From Deltaproteobacteria bacterium (lineage in GTDB: Bacteria; Desulfobacterota; Deferrimicrobia; Deferrimicrobiales; Deferrimicrobiaceae): a stretch of DNA of 64,000 nt. The notes beneath the pieces are model-generated. The model was not told where the DNA came from and did not search any database. It saw only the letters and a program-made list of their open reading frames with translations. How positions within the stretch are numbered: position 1 is the first letter of the stretch; the number at the start of each line of letters is the position of its first letter. Both the position numbers and the translations under genes were made by a program. Positions 57,695 through 64,000 of the stretch are shown in pieces. Location of the stretch: assembly GCA_016219515.1 (NCBI GenBank), contig JACRMU010000007.1, positions 40 to 64,039 on the forward strand. Direction: 5' to 3'.

Positions 57695-57946
57695 ATGGCC
57701 AAGGGGAAAGAGGCTTCCTTCGAGGAAGCGTTACAGCAGCTCGAGGCGATCGTCGCGAAGCTGGAATCCGGCGATGCGAAATTGGAGGAGTCCATCCGCC
57801 TGTTCGAAGAGGGGATGAGGCTGTCGGGGATCTGCCAGAAGCGGCTGGACGAGGCCGACCGGAAGATCGAGGTGCTCCTCCGGAAGCCGGGCGGGGTCGA
57901 GCGGGAAATCGAGGACGAAAGCGGTATTCTCGACAAAGAGGGGTGA
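57695..57946 (+). CDS. xseB: Exodeoxyribonuclease VII small subunit
   Basis: SFEEALQQLEAIVAKLESGDAKLEESIRLFEEGMRL consensus. Confidence 0.85.
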   Translation: MAKGKEASFEEALQQLEAIVAKLESGDAKLEESIRLFEEGMRLSGICQKRLDEADRKIEVLLRKPGGVEREIEDESGILDKEG

Positions 57947-57947
57947 G

Positions 57948-58844
57948 ATGGCTCCTCCGTCGGTTACTGCATTCGAACGCCGCCGCGGTATGGTGGAGGA
58001 GTGCCTTCTCCGGTTCCTGGACCCGGGCGTGTGCCGGATGCCGGAGAAGCTTCGCGAGGCCGTGGAATATTCCCTGGCGGCCGGGGGCAAGAGGGTCCGG
58101 CCGGTGGTTCTGCTGTCGGCGGGGAGCGCGGTGGGCGGCGACGAACGGGAGCTTCTCCCGTTTGCCTGCGCGATCGAGTACGTCCATACCTATTCGCTCA
58201 TCCACGACGATCTGCCCGCCATGGACGACGACGATTTCCGGAGGGGGAAGCCCTCCAGCCACAAGGCGTTCGGGGAAGCGGCCGCCATCCTCGCGGGGGA
58301 CGCTTTGCTCACGGAGGCGTTCCGCGTGATGGGAGAGTCCCCCCTGGCGGCGAAGGAGCCCGGGCGTGCGATTGCCGCGATGGCCGCGCTGGCGCGCGCC
58401 GCGGGGGCGGAAGGGATGGTGGGGGGGCAGCAGCTGGATCTCCTGGCGGAAGGGAAGGAGGCGGTCCTCTCCGAGAAGGAGGAGATCGACCTCCGCAAGA
58501 CGTCGGCGCTGCTGTCTGCCGCCGCCCGCATGGGCGGGATTCTCGGCGGCGGGGAGGAAGCCCGTGTGGAGAATCTCGCGCGGTACGGAAGGGCGCTGGG
58601 GCTCCTGTTCCAGGTGACGGACGACATCCTGGACGAAACCGGAAGCTTCGAGGAAATGGGGAAAGGCGTGGCAAAGGACCGTGCGCGCGGCAAGCTGACC
58701 TACCCGGCGGCGTTCGGGATGAAGACGGCGCTTGCCCGCGCGGAAGCGTTGAGCGCGGAGGCGATGTCGGCTCTTTCCTCCTTCGGAGAGGAAGGGGACG
58801 CGTTGCGGGACATCGTCCGCATCGTCGCCGCGAGGAGGTCGTAA
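57948..58844 (+). CDS. ispA: Polyprenyl (farnesyl/geranyl) diphosphate synthase
   Basis: First Asp-rich motif LIHDDLPAMDDDDFRRGKP, second motif FQVTDDILD. Confidence 0.85.
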   Translation: MAPPSVTAFERRRGMVEECLLRFLDPGVCRMPEKLREAVEYSLAAGGKRVRPVVLLSAGSAVGGDERELLPFACAIEYVHTYSLIHDDLPAMDDDDFRRGKPSSHKAFGEAAAILAGDALLTEAFRVMGESPLAAKEPGRAIAAMAALARAAGAEGMVGGQQLDLLAEGKEAVLSEKEEIDLRKTSALLSAAARMGGILGGGEEARVENLARYGRALGLLFQVTDDILDETGSFEEMGKGVAKDRARGKLTYPAAFGMKTALARAEALSAEAMSALSSFGEEGDALRDIVRIVAARRS

Positions 58845-60781
58845 TGCGTTCGGACACGTTGCTCTCCGGCATCCGCTCTCCCGGGGACCTGAAGAGGATC
58901 CCGCGGGAGAAGCTCCCCCTGGTGGCGGCGGAGCTGCGCGACCGGATCGTTCAGTGCGTTTCGCAGACGGGCGGCCACCTGGCCTCCAGCCTCGGGGTCG
59001 TGGAGCTGACCCTGGCGCTCCACTACGTGTTTTCCTCTCCCCGCGACCGGATCGTCTGGGACGTGGGGCACCAGGCGTACGCGCACAAGATCCTCACCGG
59101 CCGGGGCGAGGCCTTCCCCACCTTGCGCACCCTGGGCGGGATCTCCGGCTTCCCCCGCACGGGGGAGAATCCCTGCGACGCCTTCGGCACCGGGCACTCC
59201 GGCACCTCGATTTCCGCCGCCCTGGGAATGGCGGTGGCCCGCGACATGCGGAAGGAGGGCCACAAGGTCGTCGCGGTCATCGGCGACGGCTCGCTCTCCT
59301 CGGGGCTGGCGCTCGAGGGCTTGAACCAGGCGGGACACCAGAAACGCGACCTGATCGTGGTCCTGAACGACAACGAAATGTCCATCTCGCAGAACGTGGG
59401 CGCCCTGTCCGGCTACCTGAACCGGATCATGACGGGGAAGTTCTACACCTCGTTCCGGAAGCGCGTGGAGAACTTCCTCAAATCGATGCCGAGAGGCGAC
59501 GTGATGGCCCGGATCGGAAAACGGGCGGAGGAGCTCGCGAAGGGGTTCATCGTACCCGGACTGCTCTTCGAGGAGCTCGGCTACACCTACATCGGCCCCA
59601 TCTCCGGCCACAACATCGAGGATCTCATCGGCACCTTCCAGAACCTGGAAAACCTTGAGGGGCCCCTGCTGATCCACGTGGTGACCACGAAGGGGAAGGG
59701 GTACGCGCCCGCGGAGGCCAACCCGGAATATTTCCACGGAGTGGGCCGCTTCGACCCGGTGACGGGAAAGGGAACGGAGAACGGGACGCTTTCCTCCTAC
59801 ACCGATGTGTTCGCGGACGCTATCGTGCGGATCGGCGCGGAGAACCCGAAGGTGGTGGCCATCACGGCGGCGATGTGCTCCGGGACCGGGCTTGCGAAAT
59901 TCCGCGACGCCTTTCCGGACCGGTTCTTCGACGTGGGGATCGCCGAGAGCCACGCGGTGACGTTCGCCGCGGGGCTGGCCCGGGAGGGAAAGATCCCGGT
60001 GGTCACGATCTACTCCACATTCCTGCAGCGCGCGTACGATCAGATCGTCCACGACGTCTGCCTCCAGAAGCTGCCCGTCGTCTTCGCGGTGGATCGGGGG
60101 GGGATCGTGGGGGCGGACGGAGCGACGCACCAGGGGTTGTTCGACCTTTCGTTTCTGCGGCACATCCCGAACCTGTCGGTGATGGCCCCCGGAGACGAGC
60201 TCGAGTTCCCGGAGATGCTCCGTGCCGCCGTCGCGGCCGGCCGGCCGGCGGCGATCCGGTATCCGCGGGGAACCGTCGCGGGCGTCGATCCGCAAGCCGG
60301 CCGATTGCCGGTGGAGTGGGGGAAGGGGGCGCTGCTCCTCGAGGGGAAGGACCTGTTGCTCCTTGCGGTGGGCGCCACCGTGCTCCCGGCTCTTTTCGCC
60401 GCCGAGGAGCTCCGCCGGAGGGGGATCTCCGCCGCCGTGGTCAATGCCCGGTTCGTGAAACCCCTCGATGCGGACCTGATCCTCCCCTTGGCGCGGCGGA
60501 TCGGGCGCGTGCTGACGATCGAGGAAAACGTCCTTGCGGGCGGATTCGGAAGCGCCGTGCTGGAGATGTTCGAGGAGCACGGGGAGCATCCTCCGCACGT
60601 CCGCCGCCTGGGCATCCGCGACGTGTTCGTGGAGCACGGCTCCCAGGCCGAGCTTCGGGAGATCCACGGGATCAACGCCGACGCCGTGGTCGCCGAAGGG
60701 CTGAGGATGTGCGGCCACGGGAAGACGTTCCTTCCCGCCTTGTTCAACGGCATCCGCTCCCGGCTTGAAAGGATTGTCTGA
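58844..60781 (+). CDS. dxs: 1-deoxy-D-xylulose-5-phosphate synthase
   Basis: ...GGHLASSLGVVELTLALHYVF...GHSGTSISAALGMAVA...IGDGSLSSGLALEGLN... ATG overlaps the ispA stop. Confidence 0.9.
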   Translation: MRSDTLLSGIRSPGDLKRIPREKLPLVAAELRDRIVQCVSQTGGHLASSLGVVELTLALHYVFSSPRDRIVWDVGHQAYAHKILTGRGEAFPTLRTLGGISGFPRTGENPCDAFGTGHSGTSISAALGMAVARDMRKEGHKVVAVIGDGSLSSGLALEGLNQAGHQKRDLIVVLNDNEMSISQNVGALSGYLNRIMTGKFYTSFRKRVENFLKSMPRGDVMARIGKRAEELAKGFIVPGLLFEELGYTYIGPISGHNIEDLIGTFQNLENLEGPLLIHVVTTKGKGYAPAEANPEYFHGVGRFDPVTGKGTENGTLSSYTDVFADAIVRIGAENPKVVAITAAMCSGTGLAKFRDAFPDRFFDVGIAESHAVTFAAGLAREGKIPVVTIYSTFLQRAYDQIVHDVCLQKLPVVFAVDRGGIVGADGATHQGLFDLSFLRHIPNLSVMAPGDELEFPEMLRAAVAAGRPAAIRYPRGTVAGVDPQAGRLPVEWGKGALLLEGKDLLLLAVGATVLPALFAAEELRRRGISAAVVNARFVKPLDADLILPLARRIGRVLTIEENVLAGGFGSAVLEMFEEHGEHPPHVRRLGIRDVFVEHGSQAELREIHGINADAVVAEGLRMCGHGKTFLPALFNGIRSRLERIV

Positions 60782-61553
60782 TACGGCGCCGAAAGCGTCC
60801 CGGCGCGCCCGCCTGGACGCCGAGCTCGTGGCGCGCGGGCTGGCGGAAACGCGCGCGAAAGCCCAGGGGCTGATCCTTTCCGGGCGCGTTCTTCTCGACG
60901 GGGCCGTCTCCGCGAAGTGCGGCGCGCCGGTCCGTCCGGAGCAGCGCGTGGAGGTTTCCTCCGCTCCCCGTCCGTTCGTCTCGCGCGGCGGCGGCAAGCT
61001 GGAAGGGGCGCTTGAGGACTTCGGCGTCTCCTGCGAGGGGAAAACGGCGCTGGACGTCGGTGCTTCCACGGGAGGGTTCACCGACTGCCTGCTGCGTCGC
61101 GGCGCCCGGCGGGTGTACGCGGTCGACGTGGGAGAGAAGCTGATCGACGACCGGCTCCGGCGCGATCCGAGGGTGGTCGTCATCGAGAGGATGAACTTCC
61201 GGTACGCCCCGCCGGACCTTCTGCCGGAAAAGGCGGCCCTTGCCGCCGTCGATGTTTCCTTCATCTCGCTCCGGCACATCCTGCCGCCTCTCCGTCAGTT
61301 CCTTCTTCCCGGCGCGGATGTGCTGGCGCTGGTCAAGCCGCAATTCGAGGCGGGAAGGGTATCAGTCGGGAAGGGGGGGGTCGTCCGGGACGAGGGGAAA
61401 CGGATGGAGGCGGTCCACGGCGTCAAGAGTTTCGCCGAGAGCATCGGTTTTTCCGTGAAGGGCCAGGCCGAAAGCCGCGTGAAGGGGCCGAGCGGAAACC
61501 GGGAGGTCTTTCTTTTCCTGTGCTGGGAAGGCGGCCCCTCTCCCGCAGAATGA
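60765..61553 (+). CDS. tlyA: TlyA-family rRNA (cytidine-2'-O)-methyltransferase
   Basis: S4-like RRARLDAELVARGL..., MTase LDVGASTGGFTDCLLRRGARRVYAVDVG. TTG start overlaps the dxs end. Confidence 0.75.
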   Translation: MKGLSDTAPKASRRARLDAELVARGLAETRAKAQGLILSGRVLLDGAVSAKCGAPVRPEQRVEVSSAPRPFVSRGGGKLEGALEDFGVSCEGKTALDVGASTGGFTDCLLRRGARRVYAVDVGEKLIDDRLRRDPRVVVIERMNFRYAPPDLLPEKAALAAVDVSFISLRHILPPLRQFLLPGADVLALVKPQFEAGRVSVGKGGVVRDEGKRMEAVHGVKSFAESIGFSVKGQAESRVKGPSGNREVFLFLCWEGGPSPAE

Positions 61554-61555
61554 CC

Positions 61556-61624
61556 TTGACTTTCCTAATAATGAATTGTAGTTTTTATCATAATGAGCGA
61601 TATTTAATATAAATTAGGTATAAT
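61556..61624 (+). promoter_or_regulatory. AT-rich intergenic promoter region (TTGACT at 61556..61561; perfect TATAAT at 61619..61624)
   Basis: The only strongly AT-rich stretch in the window. SD GAGGTGG lies 4 nt before the ATG at 61660. Confidence 0.4.
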
Positions 61625-61659
61625 TAAACCCACTGGATCCGGCAGATGCGAGGTGGAAA

Positions 61660-62745
61660 ATGAAAGAACGGTCGGCGGCGTTCCTGGCGGTTGCCATCCT
61701 TGCGGCATCCCTTTCGGTCCCTCTCACGGGGCGAACCCAAGATAGCGCGGCCCTTTCCGCGGGAGCGGCGGCATATCCGGATGGGCTGGTATATGTCGTC
61801 GCGGAGGGGGACACCCTGTGGGACCTTTCCGCAAAATACCTGGGTTCTCCGTGGAGATGGCAGGAACTGTGGGAGAAAAACCGGTTCCTGACGAATCCTC
61901 ATTACATCTATCCGGGGATCCGGCTCGTCATCTTTCCGCCGCCGGGGAGGGAGTTCGCGCTTCCGTCCTCCGGGGCTTCGGCGGCCGCGGCAGCGGAGGA
62001 GGCTCCGAAACCGGAAACGAAGTCCGCAGCGATCGCAGCGGCCAAAAAACCCCCGATGCTCGACATTTCGCCGTCGGAATACGTGCGGGCCGGCGAGTTC
62101 CTGAAGGAGAGGCCTTCGGGGATCGGCCGGATCCGAAGCGGCGATGAACCCAAGGTGGCGTTCTCCGAGGGGGACAAGGTGTTCCTGAAGCTCGACAAGG
62201 AGATTCCCTCGGGACAACTCCTGGGCGTGTACCGCGTTCGCGGTCCGATTGCCGCACGGGGGGACCGTCCCGTTGCCGGATATGCGAAATACCTCGTGGG
62301 CATCCTTCAGGCGAAAGGGAAGTCGAACGGCGAGGCCGTGGGGATCGTGCGGAACTCCTTCGAAGACCTGGGGCGCGACGACCAGCTCGGCGAGGAAATT
62401 CCCTCCTATACTCCCGTCTTCCTGTCTCCGGGAGGGGCGGGGAAGCTCAAGGCGACGGTCGTCTCGGGACAGTGGGAAAATGAGGAGCTGGCCGCCGGGA
62501 CATTCATCTTCCTGGACCGGGGGGCATCCTCCGGAGTGGCCGTGGGCGACGTTTTCCGGCTGTACGACGAAGGAGACAAGGCGCCGGGAGGGGCGGTTTC
62601 GGAAAAGGCGGTAATTCCCGTCGAAGTTGCGCAGGCGGTCGTGGTCCGGGTGGCGCGGGATTATGCGACGGCATTCGTGGCGAAGAGCCAGCAGTCCTTC
62701 TCCGCGGGCGTCAATGCGGTTCGTGGAGGGGAGGCGCCAAGGTAA
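61660..62745 (+). CDS. Secreted LysM-domain protein
   Basis: Signal peptide. LysM YVVAEGDTLWDLSAKYLGSPWRWQELWEKNRFLTNPHYIYPGIRLVI. Confidence 0.7.
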   Translation: MKERSAAFLAVAILAASLSVPLTGRTQDSAALSAGAAAYPDGLVYVVAEGDTLWDLSAKYLGSPWRWQELWEKNRFLTNPHYIYPGIRLVIFPPPGREFALPSSGASAAAAAEEAPKPETKSAAIAAAKKPPMLDISPSEYVRAGEFLKERPSGIGRIRSGDEPKVAFSEGDKVFLKLDKEIPSGQLLGVYRVRGPIAARGDRPVAGYAKYLVGILQAKGKSNGEAVGIVRNSFEDLGRDDQLGEEIPSYTPVFLSPGGAGKLKATVVSGQWENEELAAGTFIFLDRGASSGVAVGDVFRLYDEGDKAPGGAVSEKAVIPVEVAQAVVVRVARDYATAFVAKSQQSFSAGVNAVRGGEAPR

Positions 62746-62787
62746 GGCAAGGCGCCGGAGAGGGCGGCCTGTTTTCCGGCATGCCTT

Positions 62788-63906
62788 TTGATCGGACAGG
62801 GATGGGGGGAAGAACCCGGTCCGATGACGCGCGAATCCGCTCCTGTCGATATTCTCCTTCGGCTCAGCCAGGTGGAAGGGCTGACGGCCCGGCATCTCCG
62901 CCGGCTGAGGGAGGCGGACCGGACTCCTTTCATTCCGGGGTTGGAGGAGGAAGCCGGCGGATCGATTCTCCAAAGAGCGGCCGATGCCCTGTCCTCTCCG
63001 GATGCGGAGGAGAATGCGCGCAGGATCCGCGGGTCCTGCGAACGGTCGGGCATTCGCATCATCCCCCTGGGTTCGGAAGAATATCCTCCCTTGCTGCGAA
63101 GCGTCCCCGATGCTCCGTTGGTGCTTTACCGGGCGGGGGAAGACGTGGCGTGGGAAAATGCCGTGGCGATCGTGGGGAGCCGCGCTCCCACGGAGGCGGC
63201 CGTCGAATTCGCCGGGCTGCTGGCAGCGGACCTGGCATCCGCCGGCTGGACGGTGGTCAGCGGCATGGCGCGGGGAATCGACACCGCGGCCCATGAGGGG
63301 GCCCTGCGGGGAGGGGGCTCGACCCTGGCGGTGCTGGGATGCGGCGTGGATACCGTCTATCCTCCGGAGGCGTTCGGCCTTCGCGCGCGGATTCTCAAGC
63401 GCGGCGCCCTCCTCTCGGAGTATCCTCCCGGCGCCCTTCCGCTTCCGTGGCGTTTCCCCGCGAGGAACCGGATCATGAGCGGGGTCTCCCGTGGCGTCGT
63501 TGTCGTCGAGGCGGCTTCCCGCAGCGGCGCCCTGATCACGGCGCGCTTCGCCCTCGACCAGGGGAGAGAGGTGATGGCGGTCCCGGGGAATCCCCTTTTT
63601 CCCCACACGGCCGGCAGCAACCGTCTGATCCGGGAGGGCGCGGTCCCCGTGACGGGGGCCGGGGACGTGGCCGCCGCCCTCGGTTGGGTTCCCTCCTCCC
63701 CGCCCGAGGGGAGCAGGGAGCGGCGGATCCTGGATTTCCTCTCGGAAGCGCGCCGCGTCGACGAGATCGCGGATGCCCTGAACCTTCCGGCGGCGGAGCT
63801 GCTTCCCTGCCTTCTGGAAATGGAGTTGGGGAAATTGCTTGAAAGGGGAACGGGAGATTATTATAAGAGGTTGTCCGATATGCCGGGAGGAATCTCCCGT
63901 ATCTGA
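62788..63906 (+). CDS. dprA: DNA-processing protein A (DprA/Smf)
   Basis: ...AIVGSRAPTEAAVEFAGLLAADLASAGWTVVSGMARGIDTAAHEGAL...LAVLGCGVDTVYPPE... Confidence 0.85.
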   Translation: MIGQGWGEEPGPMTRESAPVDILLRLSQVEGLTARHLRRLREADRTPFIPGLEEEAGGSILQRAADALSSPDAEENARRIRGSCERSGIRIIPLGSEEYPPLLRSVPDAPLVLYRAGEDVAWENAVAIVGSRAPTEAAVEFAGLLAADLASAGWTVVSGMARGIDTAAHEGALRGGGSTLAVLGCGVDTVYPPEAFGLRARILKRGALLSEYPPGALPLPWRFPARNRIMSGVSRGVVVVEAASRSGALITARFALDQGREVMAVPGNPLFPHTAGSNRLIREGAVPVTGAGDVAAALGWVPSSPPEGSRERRILDFLSEARRVDEIADALNLPAAELLPCLLEMELGKLLERGTGDYYKRLSDMPGGISRI

Positions 63907-63919
63907 AGATGGAGGATGA

Positions 63920-64000
63920 ATGGCCAAGTCGCTCGTCGTCGTCGAATCGCCTGCAAAGGCCAAAACGATACAGAAGATATTGGGCAAGGGGTTCAAGGTT
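63920..64000 (+). CDS. topA: DNA topoisomerase I, N-terminal fragment (continues beyond the window)
   Basis: MAKSLVVVESPAKAKTIQKILGKGFKV matches the canonical TopA N-terminus (TOPRIM). Confidence 0.8.
   Translation, partial: MAKSLVVVESPAKAKTIQKILGKGFKV

Noticed and set aside
1-64000. Search for CRISPR arrays, tRNA/rRNA genes, IS elements, integrases or phage genes that would mark the island as mobile
   Set aside because: No direct-repeat arrays, no tRNA-like cloverleaf candidates in the few intergenic gaps over 100 bp, and no transposase or integrase-like ORFs were seen. The island boundaries are not marked by mobility genes within this window.

Overview
High-GC (~68%) bacterial chromosomal segment that is almost entirely coding on the + strand. 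The left third (1-12.9 kb) holds two paralogous 7-8-heme c-type cytochromes, each paired with TlpA-like thioredoxins, then a glycan-modification locus: a GT-C-like membrane protein, a polysaccharide deacetylase, a SAM methyltransferase, a GT4, a GT2, a DUF2304-like protein and two tandem GT4 genes. The middle (13-43 kb) looks like one accessory island for periplasmic or extracellular electron transfer. It starts with a NapH-like polyferredoxin, a Tat-signal DUF362 protein, a PqqD-like peptide chaperone and a SPASM-domain protein that lacks the radical-SAM Cys triad. An ECF sigma factor and its anti-sigma follow. Next come a 1274-aa cytochrome with about 24 heme sites, a secreted beta-propeller, and a second giant cytochrome that totals about 2700 aa once an apparent frameshift is bridged (about 45 heme sites plus Ig-like C-terminal domains). 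The island continues with an M6 (InhA-like) metalloprotease carrying propeller repeats and a conserved C-terminal tail, an outer-membrane beta-barrel, lipoproteins, an NHL-repeat protein, a TlpA and a TlpA-decaheme cytochrome fusion. The right third (43-64 kb) is housekeeping: a GAF/degenerate-GGDEF sensor, engB, nfnAB-like genes, an HgdB-like gene that is frameshifted, murI, ftsE/ftsX/EnvC-like/ctpA, xseA, an M23 peptidase, xseB, ispA, dxs, tlyA, a LysM protein, dprA and the start of topA. Three apparent gene disruptions, two at homopolymer runs and one in-frame TAG, suggest assembly or sequencing errors or real pseudogenisation. No tRNA, rRNA or CRISPR array was recognised. The long minus-strand ORFs that overlap + strand genes are treated as GC-rich antisense artefacts.
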